NCBI RefSeq assembly: GCF_049819085.1 | Contig: NZ_CP187419.1 | Coordinates: 5,021,518-5,085,517 of the forward strand | Reading direction: 5' to 3' | Source of the DNA: Anatilimnocola sp. NA78 | GTDB lineage: Bacteria > Planctomycetota > Planctomycetia > Pirellulales > Pirellulaceae | DNA: 64,000 nucleotides | Shown here: positions 31,066 through 41,569 of the stretch, piece after piece | Position numbering within the stretch: the first letter of the stretch is position 1 | Layout of the letters: each line of letters opens with the position of its first letter | Position numbers and translations under genes: made by a program | The notes under the pieces: generated by a model | The model's input: the letters and a program-made list of their open reading frames with translations, nothing else | Told to the model about the DNA's origin: nothing | Databases searched by the model: none

Positions 31066-31187
31066 CCGTTTTGCCTATACGTCACTGCTGCCGCTAGCCG
31101 CGAAAGGATGCGTTTCATCCTCGCGGGCTAGGCGTGCGCTTGCCAGTCTCGAAATATCGAACGACGGAATTTCGACGGAGAATCGCG

Positions 31188-32813
31188 ATGTCACTGAACC
31201 TACTACAAGTCCCGCTGGCCGATATCACCACCACGCTCGGTGTGGTCGGAATCGGCTTCGTCTTTCTGACGATCATTTTCTTCAGCACGATCATCATGCT
31301 GGTCAAGCAGTTCAAACGCTGCCCCAGCAACCGGGTGCTCGTCATCTATGGTCGCACCGGCAAGGGTGGCCAGGCCAGCAAGACCATTCACGGCGGCGCT
31401 GCCTTCGTGTGGCCCCTGGTGCAAGACTACGCGTACCTGAGCCTGGAACCGATCCAGATCGAAGTGCCACTCCGCGGCGCATTGTCGTCTGAAAACATCC
31501 GCGTGAACGTCCCCAGTGTGTTCACCGTGGCCATCGACACCAGGCCCGATGTGATGCAGAACGCCGCGATCCGTTTGCTCGGGCTCACCGTGCAAGAAGT
31601 CCGCAAGCAAGCCGAAGAAATGATCTTCGGTCAATTGCGGCAAGTGATCGCTTCGATGGGGATCGAAGAAATCAACCGCGACCGCGATAAGTTTCTCGAA
31701 CACGTGATGCATTCGCTCGAGCCAGAACTGTCCAAGATCGGCCTCACGCTGATCAACGTGAATATCACCGACATCACCGACGAGTCGGGCTACATCGACG
31801 CCATCGGTCAGAAGGCTGCATCGCTCGCCATTCAACAGGCTCGTGGTGACGTCGCCGACAACGAAAAGATGGGTGAAACCCGCGTCGCCGCCGCCGAACG
31901 CGATAAGTCGATTCAGGTCTCGAATGCTCGCAAAGAGCAAGCCATCGGTACTCGCGAAGCTCAGCGCGATCAGCTGGTCCGCGTTGCTGCCCTAGAAAAA
32001 GATCAGGCGGTCGGTGAGAAGCAAGCCGCCTTCGAACGCGAAGCTTCGGTGAAAGACGCCGAGCGACACATGCGTATTCAAGTGGCCGAAGCCGATGCCA
32101 GCGCCATCGACGGCGAAAATAGCTCCGCCGCCCGCGTAGCTGCCTCCGCTGCCGAACTGGCAATTCGCAAAGCCGAAGCCTACGAGAAAGGTGAAGGCCG
32201 CCGCAAGGAAGCCGAAGCTCACGTGTTGGAGATTCAGAACCGCGCCATGGCCAAGGCGGCTCTAGCCGAGGCCGAACGGGTCGAAGCCGAACAACGTGCC
32301 AAGCTCGAAGCGCCTGCCAAGGCCCAAAAGGCCAAGCAGATCGTCGATGCCGAAGCGATTGCCGAAAAGCGGATGATTGAAGCCAAGGCTGAAGCCGATG
32401 CAATCTTCCTCAAGCTCGAAGCTGAAGCTCGCGGTCAGTACGAAATGCTGGCCAAGAAGGGCGAAGGTCTCAAGCAGATCGTCGCGGCTTGCGGTGGCTC
32501 GAACCAGGCCTTTCAGATGCTCATGCTCGAACACCTCGACAATCTGGCTGAAGCCTCGGCCAAGGCGATCTCGAACATCAAGTTCGACAAGGTCGTGGTG
32601 TGGGAAGGTGGCGGCGGCAACGGTCGCAGCAGCACTGCTGATTTCCTGAGCGGCATGGCCCGCAGCCTCCCGCCGATGATGCAAGTGATGCGCGATATCG
32701 GCGGCGTCGAGCTGCCCGAATCGCTCGTCAAACTCGGCACCGACACACCGTCGGTCGTCGATCCCGTCGTCTCTCGCAATGGCGACGCCCCCGCGAAACC
32801 AGCGAAGGCGTAA
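31188..32813 (+). CDS. Flotillin (SPFH/band-7 family, FloT/YuaG-like)
   Basis: N-terminal TM, then an SPFH domain and a long EA-rich coiled coil. Follows nfeD (operon). Confidence 0.8.
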   Translation: MSLNLLQVPLADITTTLGVVGIGFVFLTIIFFSTIIMLVKQFKRCPSNRVLVIYGRTGKGGQASKTIHGGAAFVWPLVQDYAYLSLEPIQIEVPLRGALSSENIRVNVPSVFTVAIDTRPDVMQNAAIRLLGLTVQEVRKQAEEMIFGQLRQVIASMGIEEINRDRDKFLEHVMHSLEPELSKIGLTLINVNITDITDESGYIDAIGQKAASLAIQQARGDVADNEKMGETRVAAAERDKSIQVSNARKEQAIGTREAQRDQLVRVAALEKDQAVGEKQAAFEREASVKDAERHMRIQVAEADASAIDGENSSAARVAASAAELAIRKAEAYEKGEGRRKEAEAHVLEIQNRAMAKAALAEAERVEAEQRAKLEAPAKAQKAKQIVDAEAIAEKRMIEAKAEADAIFLKLEAEARGQYEMLAKKGEGLKQIVAACGGSNQAFQMLMLEHLDNLAEASAKAISNIKFDKVVVWEGGGGNGRSSTADFLSGMARSLPPMMQVMRDIGGVELPESLVKLGTDTPSVVDPVVSRNGDAPAKPAKA

Positions 32814-33041
32814 TCACCGCTGTCGCAGTCGAATGCCGGCGAAGCGCACAATCCGAATGTCGAGGGACACCCACAGGCTGTCCCCTTCGCCAAGACAAAG
32901 GGGATCAAGTTAGAGACGGAGTTATTCTTCGATTAGAGAAGGTCCAGATTGCCACCGGACGCGCGCGGTCGCCTAGAATAGAAGGAGCAAGACCAACTCA
33001 CGTCTCCGCACGCCCTCCTTCTCCCTCGGAGCTCACACGTC

Positions 33042-34520
33042 ATGGCTACTGCGACCGCCCCCGTCAAAATCCCACGTCCCAAGATTCAGCAGACGACGTG
33101 TTTCATCGATGGCCAATGGATTCCCGCTCAAAGCGGTAAGACCTTTGCCACGTACAATCCGGCGACCGAAGAACTGATCGCCGATGTCGCCGAGGGTGAT
33201 GCGGCCGATATCGATCTGGCCGCGAAGGCTGCCCGCAAGGCGTTCGACTCGGGTCCATGGAGCAAGATGGACGCCCGCGATCGTGGCCGGCTGATGTACA
33301 AGCTGGCCGATCTGCTGGAAGCCGAAATCGACGAACTGGCCGCGCTGGAATCGCTCGATAACGGCAAGCCTTTCCGCGATGCTCGCCATGCCGACCTGCC
33401 GCTAACGATCGATTGCCTGCGCTACTACGCGGGCTACGCCGACAAGATTCACGGCAGCACCATTCCAATCCGCGGCAACTACTTTTGCTACACGCGCAAA
33501 GAGCCTGTGGGAGTCGTCGGGCAAATCATTCCGTGGAACTTCCCCATGCTGATGACGGCGTGGAAGTGGGGACCGGCTCTCGCCGCCGGCTGCACAATCG
33601 TCATGAAGCCTGCCGAGCAGACGCCACTCTCTTGCCTGCGTATGGCCCGTCTCGCACAGAAGGCCGGCATTCCCGATGGTGTGATCAACGTCGTTCCCGG
33701 CTATGGCCCCACGGCAGGCGGGGCGATTCTTAAGCATCCCATGATCGACAAGGTGGCCTTCACCGGCTCAACCGAAGTCGGCAAGATCATCATGCGCGAA
33801 GCTGCGGACTCGATGAAGCGCGTCACGCTCGAACTGGGCGGCAAGAGCCCGAACATTGTGTTTGACGACGCCGATCTCGATGCCGCGATTGCCGGAGCAC
33901 ACTTCGGCTTGTACTTCAATCAGGGGCAATGCTGCTGTGCCGGCAGCCGCCTGTTTGTGCAAGAAAAGATTCACGACAAGTTCGTCGACCAAATCGTCTC
34001 GATGAACAAGATTCGCAAGCTGGGCGATCCGCTCGACCCCGCGACGGAGCAAGGCCCGCAAGTCGACAAGGAACAATTCGACAAGATCCTCGGCTACATC
34101 GAGAGCGGCAAAAACGAAGGGGCTCAGTGTCTCACGGGCGGCAAGCGTCACGGCGATCGCGGCTTCTATGTCGAGCCCACGCTCTTCACCGGCGTGCAGG
34201 ACAACATGAAGATCGCTCAGGAAGAAATCTTTGGACCGGTAATGTCGGTGCTCAAGTTTAAGACGATCGACGAGATCGCCGCTCGCGCCAACAACACTCC
34301 CTACGGTCTCGCGGCAGCTGTTTGGACTCGCGACATTCAGAAAGCTCATGCCCTCGCCCATAAGCTTCGAGCGGGCACCGTCTGGGTGAACTGCTACGAC
34401 GTCTTCGATGCCGCCGCACCCTTTGGCGGCTTCAAGTTCAGCGGCCAAGGTCGCGAACTGGGCGAAGAAGGGCTCAAGGGTTACCTCGAGCACAAGACCG
34501 TCACGGTTGCGATGGGGTAA
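33042..34520 (+). CDS. NAD(P)-dependent aldehyde dehydrogenase
   Basis: [25 protein letters not shown] catalytic Cys; 492 aa. Confidence 0.85.
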   Translation: MATATAPVKIPRPKIQQTTCFIDGQWIPAQSGKTFATYNPATEELIADVAEGDAADIDLAAKAARKAFDSGPWSKMDARDRGRLMYKLADLLEAEIDELAALESLDNGKPFRDARHADLPLTIDCLRYYAGYADKIHGSTIPIRGNYFCYTRKEPVGVVGQIIPWNFPMLMTAWKWGPALAAGCTIVMKPAEQTPLSCLRMARLAQKAGIPDGVINVVPGYGPTAGGAILKHPMIDKVAFTGSTEVGKIIMREAADSMKRVTLELGGKSPNIVFDDADLDAAIAGAHFGLYFNQGQCCCAGSRLFVQEKIHDKFVDQIVSMNKIRKLGDPLDPATEQGPQVDKEQFDKILGYIESGKNEGAQCLTGGKRHGDRGFYVEPTLFTGVQDNMKIAQEEIFGPVMSVLKFKTIDEIAARANNTPYGLAAAVWTRDIQKAHALAHKLRAGTVWVNCYDVFDAAAPFGGFKFSGQGRELGEEGLKGYLEHKTVTVAMG

Positions 34521-34523
34521 AAC

Positions 34524-35105
34524 CTACTCAGCACTATTCGAAATGCTGACGCCCTCGTAGATTTCTGCGAGGGCCAGTTCGGCTTCGATTTCTGGCAGCG
34601 GAATGGACTGCTCAAGACCACTGTAGACTTCGCGATGAAATCCTTGGTTGGTGCGACGATGAACGATAACCAGTCCCGTCTCTTGCTCGACTATTGCGTA
34701 TAGACTCAGGGACTGCAGAGTTAAGTAGGCATCTTTCTTCTCACCTTCGTCGGTCCGTCTGGTCGCATCGGAGATGACTTCAAACAAAACGACTGGTTCG
34801 TCCTGGAAGGAATCGTCCGGCGGATTCGGATGGCAAATAACCGAAGCATCCGGATAGTAAAAGCGAACGTGCGTAGGCAGTCTTATCCGGATCTTCGTGT
34901 CGGAGTTAAAGGGCTGGCAAGACTTCTTTCGCAGCTTGGCATGCAGCAGGCCGACAATATTTGTGGCGATGCGATTGTGAGCATTCTTCGCTCCGGCCAT
35001 CGCATACACGACGCCACCCAGATATTCGTGCTTGACCGGAGAATTAAGCTCTCCCGCCAGATAGTCGTCGACCGAGACGAGATTAAATCGCTGAATGGCT
35101 GTCAT
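34524..35105 (-). CDS. Uma2-family endonuclease (DUF820)
   Basis: PDASVICHP, VLFEVISDATRRTDEGEKKDAYLTLQSLSLYAIVEQE. ~193 aa from M20. Confidence 0.6.
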   Translation of the reverse strand: MTAIQRFNLVSVDDYLAGELNSPVKHEYLGGVVYAMAGAKNAHNRIATNIVGLLHAKLRKKSCQPFNSDTKIRIRLPTHVRFYYPDASVICHPNPPDDSFQDEPVVLFEVISDATRRTDEGEKKDAYLTLQSLSLYAIVEQETGLVIVHRRTNQGFHREVYSGLEQSIPLPEIEAELALAEIYEGVSISNSAE

Positions 35106-35162
35106 TGGGTTTAGCTTATTCTCGCTCTTGGGATCGAACAAGGTAGATTGAAGCTGCATCAC

Positions 35163-35972
35163 CTAACCCACCATCCTAAACACCCACGCTCCCGCCAACC
35201 CACCCAGAATCGGCCCGACGATCGGAATCCACGCGTAGCCCCAATCAGAGGTGCCTTTGCCGGCAATCGGCAGCAGCGCGTGGGCCAGCCGTGGGCTGAA
35301 GTCGCGCGCGGGGTTAATCGCATAGCCAGTCGTACCACCCAGGCTAAGACCAATGGCCCACACGACGAGTCCGATCAGTGGCGGTTCGAGGCCGCCGACA
35401 ACGGTCAGGCCCGTCCCGGTGTTCGTCACTTTGCCTACGGAAGAGGCAATGAAGACCAGTGCAAACGTCCCGATGAACTCGCCGAGGACGTTCGACAGCG
35501 GACTGCGAATCGCGGGCCCCGTGCAGAAGACGGCCAGCTTAAGATCCTGTTCTTTGGTCACCGACCAATGCGGCAGGTAGTGCAGCCACACCAGCACCGC
35601 GCCCACAAACGCGCCAAGCAACTGTGCGGCGATGAGAGGCAATGTTTCGGCGACGGGCGTCTGCTTCAGCACGAGATCGGCAATGGGACCGACCGGGTTG
35701 AGTGCTCCCGGGCCACCGATTGCCTTCGAGACAAAGATGCCGCAGGTCACGGCAAAGGCCCAACCGGCGGTGATCACGATCCACCCCGCGTTGTGGGCTT
35801 TCGACCGATTCAGCAACACGCCGCCGACGACACCATCGCCCAGCAATATCAATGTCGCCGTTCCGGCAAACTCGCCGATGACGGCCGGAGAGATCGAGAG
35901 AGGCACAGCAGGCTCCTGAAAAGCAGATGAGTGTGAGCGGGCAACCATCGCCAGGTAGCCCGCGCGTGTCAC
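35163..35972 (-). CDS. MIP-family channel (aquaporin/glycerol facilitator)
   Basis: GEFAGTATLILLGDG, NPV and NPARD half-helix motifs; 6 TM. Confidence 0.8.
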   Translation of the reverse strand: MTRAGYLAMVARSHSSAFQEPAVPLSISPAVIGEFAGTATLILLGDGVVGGVLLNRSKAHNAGWIVITAGWAFAVTCGIFVSKAIGGPGALNPVGPIADLVLKQTPVAETLPLIAAQLLGAFVGAVLVWLHYLPHWSVTKEQDLKLAVFCTGPAIRSPLSNVLGEFIGTFALVFIASSVGKVTNTGTGLTVVGGLEPPLIGLVVWAIGLSLGGTTGYAINPARDFSPRLAHALLPIAGKGTSDWGYAWIPIVGPILGGLAGAWVFRMVG

Positions 35973-36021
35973 AGCATACGATGCTTCGTCAGGTTCGTAC
36001 AGCGCGCTCGCCGCTGCGTCG

Positions 36022-36495
36022 TTACTGTGGCCCGCAAGCCTTGGCCATGTTCTGCATCATCTCTTCGGGCGTCAGATCGTACTGGTGATGGGCGATCGAC
36101 CAGCTATGGCCAAACGGGTCGGCGACAATGCCGTAACGATCGCCCCAAAAGGCATCGTTTATCGGCATCACCACGGTCGCACCGGCGGCCACTGCTTGGG
36201 CGAATAGCTTGTCGGCATCTTCGACCGAGAGATGAATCGTGACCGGCGTCCCCTTAAGCAACTTCGGCCCCAGGCAGCCCCACTCGGTGTTTTCGTCGAC
36301 CAGAAAAACCTTCGAATCGCCAATCCGCACGCAGGCATGCATCAGGCGACCATTTGGCCCCGGCATCCGCATTTCTTCAACGGCACCAAAGGCCTTCTTG
36401 TAGAACTCAATCGCGTTGGCCGCTCCATCGACGACCAGGTGCGGCGTTACGGTGTGCATTCCGTCGGCAATTCGCTTAGTGGCTGCTTTGGGCAT
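36022..36495 (-). CDS. VOC/glyoxalase-family (PhnB-like) protein
   Basis: 157 aa; HLVVDGAANAIEFYKKAFGA...; glyoxalase fold pattern. Confidence 0.65.
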   Translation of the reverse strand: MPKAATKRIADGMHTVTPHLVVDGAANAIEFYKKAFGAVEEMRMPGPNGRLMHACVRIGDSKVFLVDENTEWGCLGPKLLKGTPVTIHLSVEDADKLFAQAVAAGATVVMPINDAFWGDRYGIVADPFGHSWSIAHHQYDLTPEEMMQNMAKACGPQ

Positions 36496-37049
36496 CGTTC
36501 AGACTCCTATCAGTGGCAGTAAATGACGGCAGCCGCTGCGAGCAGCCACCTGCTGGAATTGCAGAATAGTCGTTCGCCCGTCCGGCGAATCGACATCGGC
36601 CAAAAAATCTGCGTGCCTGCTGCTCGCTCGATTCTTCAACACCCCCCTTTTGCCGTCTCTGCTCCTAACTGGTTCAACTGCAATCGTTTCCGGCCCAACT
36701 GCTGCTGTCTCAATGTTCCTCTTTGTTGAAAAATCCAAAGCTCCATCGCACCTTGCCAATTGCCTGCCTCCGCTCGGAACTGCTCGCTTGTGGGGATTCT
36801 GCTCGTGAAGATCCCTCACCTTGCCGGACAACTCGAATCAACGATGAGTTCGTCCGTTTTTGGACAGCTGCCAGTTCTTGCCTTACGCCGCAAGCACCGC
36901 GGAAATGACGACTTGCAACAAGTCACCCGTTTTTGCCACCACTCCCTTTTGTCCAAGAACCGTTAAAGCCAACTCGCTGCTTCCCACAAAACCGGCTGCC
37001 TTGCTTTTCGGACGTAAGTCTTCAATCGCGTTGCCTCACCAGAAAAACT

Positions 37050-37145
37050 GTGTTCACAAACCGGCCCGGTTTGTAAACACGACCTGCAACATCTCTCGGC
37101 TTTGGCGCGCCTGCGTGTTCAAAAACCCCACCGGTTTGTGAACAC
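37050..37145. promoter_or_regulatory. Pair of operator-like palindromes with half-site GTGTTCACAAACCGG (37050-37080, 14/15 arms; 37115-37145, 12/15 arms), centers 65 bp apart
   Basis: Read in lines 37021-37141: gtgttcacaaaccgg-c-ccggtttgtaaacac and gtgttcaaaaacccc-a-ccggtttgtgaacac. They lie inside a 1.3-kb stretch with no credible ORF. Confidence 0.5.
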
Positions 37146-37808
37146 CCGCCTGTTCCACACGTTTCGACTTACGTCGAATCGCAACGCCTTCGTGCAGAGT
37201 CGCCGCGCTTGCATCCCGCCAAGCCGCCCGATATAATCCCGACATTATCGCAATGTCGTTAGTTATTGTCAAGTGTTTATTATGGACCTCCTTGCACAAC
37301 AACCCCTGAACAGAATCGCATTACCCTGGCCCCTTCCTCTCTAGCCTCTAGCCCCGCTCCTCGCCAGATTCAATTCCAACAGTCGAGCCAGCAGTTCGTC
37401 GTCGGTGAGCGTGACGGGCCATCCGCAATCGGCCAAGATCAACTCTGCGGGCACGACTCACCGCGATTCCGCAATTGGATTGAGGAAACCCGAAGCGTGA
37501 GCGAGGAGCGCGCTGTGGAAGTCTTGAACTGAACTCCCCGGGGGTTCGTTTACAAATCGTTCGTGCGATGTTCGAGGGCAGAAACGAATGGTCTGGCCAC
37601 GACGACACTTCCGTGCGGCGAAGAGCACTCTCCTCGCTCACGCTTCGGGTTACCTGAACAGGCGAGCGTGACGCCCGTAGTCAAGTCGAACGAATTCCGC
37701 GGCCAGCTTGGTATGGCAACGACGAACTAGCATCCACCGCTGTTGTAAGGGGATGCTGTCGAAATTCAGCCTAACGAATCCCTCGCATTGCTTGAGGCGC
37801 ACGTCGCG

Positions 37809-38267
37809 TTATTTCAGTTCCACCTTCAAATCGGTCGAGCCCGCGGGGGGAATTTCCAGCGACAGACCACTCGTGGTGGTGCTGCCGAACTTGGCGGGAA
37901 TGGGCGATTTGAACCCGCCGGGCGGTTCCGGCGCGAGGACTCCCGGCTCGATCTCTTGCGCGCCGCTCACGGAAACCGTCAGCGTGTACTTGCCGGCCGG
38001 AGCGCCTTCCTTTTCGCCATACGACTTCAGCGCGAAGCGACCGTCGCTCCCGGTCTTGGCGGTGGCTGTGACTTTGCCTTCCGAATGCTGGAAGGAGACG
38101 TCCGCGTTGGCGATCGGACTTCCTTGGTACGTCACCGTTCCGGCTGCTGGCACCGTGGGGAGTTGTTCGGGGCCGGCAGGCCCGCCACCAGTGCAGCCCA
38201 CCAGAGACAAAACCACACTCGAAAGGACAACGGCGAGGATTTGCAAAGACAATATTTTCGAAGACAA
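37809..38267 (-). CDS. Lipoprotein with carboxypeptidase-regulatory/transthyretin-like domain (DUF1559 partner)
   Basis: Lipobox LSLVGCTGG. GTVTYQGSPIANADVSF...DGRFAL pattern. Directly downstream of the DUF1559 gene. Confidence 0.65.
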   Translation of the reverse strand: MSSKILSLQILAVVLSSVVLSLVGCTGGGPAGPEQLPTVPAAGTVTYQGSPIANADVSFQHSEGKVTATAKTGSDGRFALKSYGEKEGAPAGKYTLTVSVSGAQEIEPGVLAPEPPGGFKSPIPAKFGSTTTSGLSLEIPPAGSTDLKVELK

Positions 38268-38456
38268 GAAAGAGACTCCAGAAGAAGTTGCGGAGATGGA
38301 GATTCTGAAAATCGCAGGCCAGGCGAGCCTGTTGGCAGGCTGTCTCGCTTGTCGCGCAATGATGCGTGGCGCGACAAGAAAGTGCGACCACTCAGCAAGC
38401 AGGCCGGCGAAGGCGATTCGCCGGCTTCAACACGACAGGACCGACGGAAGCAAACC

Positions 38457-39515
38457 TTAGTCGAGCTGCAGGCTCTCAGAGCCCGAGCGGCTGCCCAGAG
38501 CGCCGAAGACGCCGTAGGGGCTCAGGCCCGTGGGGTTCTTCCCGTCGGCGTTCAGGTCGCCGCAGTTGATGTTTTGCGTGATAAACCGTACCGAGCCGTC
38601 TCCCATCGCCGCATTCACGCCGCCCGGGTGATAGCTGCTGGGCGGATACAGGCCGTTCTGAGCATCGTGGGCGTTCCAAGCACAAGAGACCGAGTTCGGC
38701 GGAGCATTCGTGGTCAGACCATGAAAGCCCATGCCGCCATCGCCCCAGCGCACACCCGCCCAAGCGCCGGTCGTCGAGATCGCCCAGGTCTTGGTGGTGG
38801 TGTTGTACTGCGAGAGGCAGCCATTGGGCGTCAAGAACCATTCGCCCCCCTGGTGGGCCGTCAGCGTCGACTTCACGCTGCTGATTCCCTTACGCCGTTC
38901 AGAGACGGCAATCGTGTTGCTCAGTCCGTCCGTCACGTCGGCCAGGCGGAAGCCCTTGTCGGTGTTCGTGCGACCAAACATGCCACGGCTTTGATTGTCG
39001 GCGTTGTTCTGGCCGATCGAGTCGCCGCTGCACAGCATGTAGTTCGTTTTGCCGATGCCACCCGTCGTGGTGAACGCGTCGGAGGGACAAGTCCAACTCT
39101 TCACCGTGTTTTGCCAGGGAGTATAAGAGCCGTTCCACGGTTCCGGACCACCAGGGGCGTAGGTCGTGGCGCCAATCACCTGTTGAGTCATGACCAAATC
39201 GTGGAGCGGCTTCTGTTCCATGAAAGGGAGTAGGGTGATGAACCCGCTCTTGCGCCCTTGATAGCTGCTGGGGTACGCGGTGAAGCGACCCTCGCGGAAC
39301 GGCAAGTAGCCATAAGTGTCGTGATGATTGTGGAGCGCGATGCCAAGTTGCTTGTGATGGTTGCTGCACTGGATGCGACGAGCCGCTTCGCGCGCGGCCT
39401 GCACCGCAGGAAGCAACAGGGCGACCAAGACGCCAATAATGGCAATGACAACCAACAGTTCGACCAGGGTGAACCCCCTGGCACGAACGCGATCTCGAAA
39501 CATGAGGGGAGTCAC
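38457..39515 (-). CDS. DUF1559 protein with prepilin-type N-terminal cleavage/methylation domain
   Basis: [54 protein letters not shown]... A family hallmark of Planctomycetota. Confidence 0.8.
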   Translation of the reverse strand: MTPLMFRDRVRARGFTLVELLVVIAIIGVLVALLLPAVQAAREAARRIQCSNHHKQLGIALHNHHDTYGYLPFREGRFTAYPSSYQGRKSGFITLLPFMEQKPLHDLVMTQQVIGATTYAPGGPEPWNGSYTPWQNTVKSWTCPSDAFTTTGGIGKTNYMLCSGDSIGQNNADNQSRGMFGRTNTDKGFRLADVTDGLSNTIAVSERRKGISSVKSTLTAHQGGEWFLTPNGCLSQYNTTTKTWAISTTGAWAGVRWGDGGMGFHGLTTNAPPNSVSCAWNAHDAQNGLYPPSSYHPGGVNAAMGDGSVRFITQNINCGDLNADGKNPTGLSPYGVFGALGSRSGSESLQLD

Positions 39516-39992
39516 GTTTGACCTCGTACAGTGAGAAATAAATGAAAAAAAACCAGAGTTTTTCGTCGGCGCGATGCGACAATTCGCAGTTTTCCAGTCC
39601 AGCTCGGAAGTGTCAAGAAAAATAATTAGAACACGAACCTTTTGCTGCCCTTCATAACACCCATAAGGGTGGACTATGGCTTACTAGATGCCTTTAGCCC
39701 GCCAATTTGTCGCACCCATGCATCCCAGCTGGCTGGTGGGGGAACGAAAAAGCTGCAACGAAAGTCGTATGCCAGCGTATCAATATCCCTCATAAGAAAG
39801 ATTAGGGACCGAGATTCTTGCGCAGCGCCCGATAGCGCTCTGTGCAACATCGGCAGCAGGAAAGCGAGCGCAGACGGTGAATGAACCTGGCAAAAAGGGG
39901 ATCACTCCACTTCACGTTCGCCTTTGTTCCGCTTGGTATGATTAGGCCCATACGCAGGATGACATCGCAGTCGATCTTTCCGCGAGGCACCC

Positions 39993-41090
39993 ATGGCAAC
40001 GACGAACGAGCAACAACCTTTGTTGTATGCAGATGCTGTCGAAACGATTCCCGCTGACGAGTCGGAAGATATTCGGCTGACGATTGCGGCGATGCAGCGG
40101 GTGCTGGAGCAGACGTTTCAAAAGAGTGGTCAACGGCGGCGCGATGTCCATTTGAAGTCGCACGGCTGCGCACTCGGGACGATGCAAGTGCTGCCGAACT
40201 TGCCAGCGGAACTGGCCCAGGGCATCTTTGCTCGCGAGCAGACTTTCGAGGCGGTGGTGCGGTTCTCGAATGCGGCCAGTTCGCCCCAGCCTGACTATGT
40301 GCCCGATGGTCGTGGTCTGGCCGTGAAGGTTTTGGACGTCGGAGGCGAATCGCTCACCGCGGAAAGTGGCACTGGCGCGCAAGCGAGCACCGCGACGCAA
40401 GACTTCGTCATGGTCAATCATCCGGTCTTCATTGCCCGCAATGTGAAGGACTACTTGCGCATTCAGCAGACCATCGCCGACACCGGCGACAACAAGCTGG
40501 CGACGCTCAAAGATGCGTTGACGGGTGGCGATTGGAACCCGCTGAATTGGCACTGGCGCGAAGCACTCACGGCTGCCCAAATCGCCAGCAAGTTGCCCGC
40601 CCATCCCGCCAGTTTGACTTACTTCAGCATGGCGCCGATCCGCTTTGGCGATTACGTCGCCAAGTATCGCGTGCGGCCCGCCTGCGAGATTGCTGGCTCC
40701 ATTCTCGAACTCGTGAATCAACTCGGCCAGCAAGCCGATGCGTTTCGCTGGATGCTCGAAGAAACGCTGCGATCTCAGTACCTGCTGTTCGAATTTCAAA
40801 TTCAGCTGCGAACCTCAGCCGAGAAGATGCCCATCGAAGATGCGATGGTGGAATGGCCGGAGAGCGAATCGCACTATCGCACGGTGGCGTTGCTATTATT
40901 GCCCCGTCAGGAAATCGCGACGGCTGAGCAACGCGCGACCTGCGATCAGCTGATGTTCGATGTGTGGCACGCAGTCGCGGCGCACCGACCACTAGGGGGC
41001 ATCAACCGCCTGAGGCGCGAAGTCTATCCCATCTCTGCTGCCTGGCGACGCCAGACAGCGAGCGAACATCCGGCGAGCGAATCGCCCTAA
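39993..41090 (+). CDS. Catalase-related (mini-catalase/heme peroxidase-like) protein
   Basis: RDVHLKSHGCALG, AVVRFSNA and DGRGLAVKV match the catalase heme-core motifs; 365 aa, no C-terminal catalase extension. Confidence 0.6.
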   Translation: MATTNEQQPLLYADAVETIPADESEDIRLTIAAMQRVLEQTFQKSGQRRRDVHLKSHGCALGTMQVLPNLPAELAQGIFAREQTFEAVVRFSNAASSPQPDYVPDGRGLAVKVLDVGGESLTAESGTGAQASTATQDFVMVNHPVFIARNVKDYLRIQQTIADTGDNKLATLKDALTGGDWNPLNWHWREALTAAQIASKLPAHPASLTYFSMAPIRFGDYVAKYRVRPACEIAGSILELVNQLGQQADAFRWMLEETLRSQYLLFEFQIQLRTSAEKMPIEDAMVEWPESESHYRTVALLLLPRQEIATAEQRATCDQLMFDVWHAVAAHRPLGGINRLRREVYPISAAWRRQTASEHPASESP

Positions 41091-41113
41091 GCGGTTTTTG
41101 GCTGGGCCAAAAA

Positions 41114-41371
41114 CTACTTGGCCTTCTTCTTGCCGGTGAATTCTTCCAGCGTCAGCGAGCCGTCGCCGTCCTTGTCCTTCTTCTTGAAGGTCTCTTCGGC
41201 CTTCGTGGCTTTCTCGCCCTTGCGCTTGCCCAGGAATTCTTCCTTGGTCAGTTTGCCATCGCTGTTCGTATCGAGCTTCTTAAATTGCTCGGCTGGTTCA
41301 GCCTTCTTTTCTTGAGCCATGACAGGCGCGCAAAGACCAAACACCACCAACAGAGCCAGTAACTTCTTCAT
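41114..41371 (-). CDS. Secreted EF-hand calcium-binding protein
   Basis: Signal MKKLLALLVVFGLCAPVMA. Two EF loops DTNSDGKLTKEEF and DKDGDGSLTLEEF. Confidence 0.7.
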   Translation of the reverse strand: MKKLLALLVVFGLCAPVMAQEKKAEPAEQFKKLDTNSDGKLTKEEFLGKRKGEKATKAEETFKKKDKDGDGSLTLEEFTGKKKAK

Positions 41372-41569
41372 GCGAACGATCCTCAAAAGTGACAAGAAAG
41401 TTGCGAGTCGATCAGAACCCGTTACCAACAAGATGCACGAAACGGCGAATTATGCGCCGCCCAATCGATTTTCTGGAGTTTGCCCTCGCACTAATGGCAA
41501 CGGCCCCACTTTGGCGGCACAATAGCGGCTCCCAGGCATCGATCATCACTTATTTACCGAAGGGCGGAT

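Noticed and set aside
37708-39233. ORFs 37708..38460(+) and 37788..39233(+)
   Set aside because: Overlap the minus-strand lipoprotein/DUF1559 genes, which have strong family signatures.
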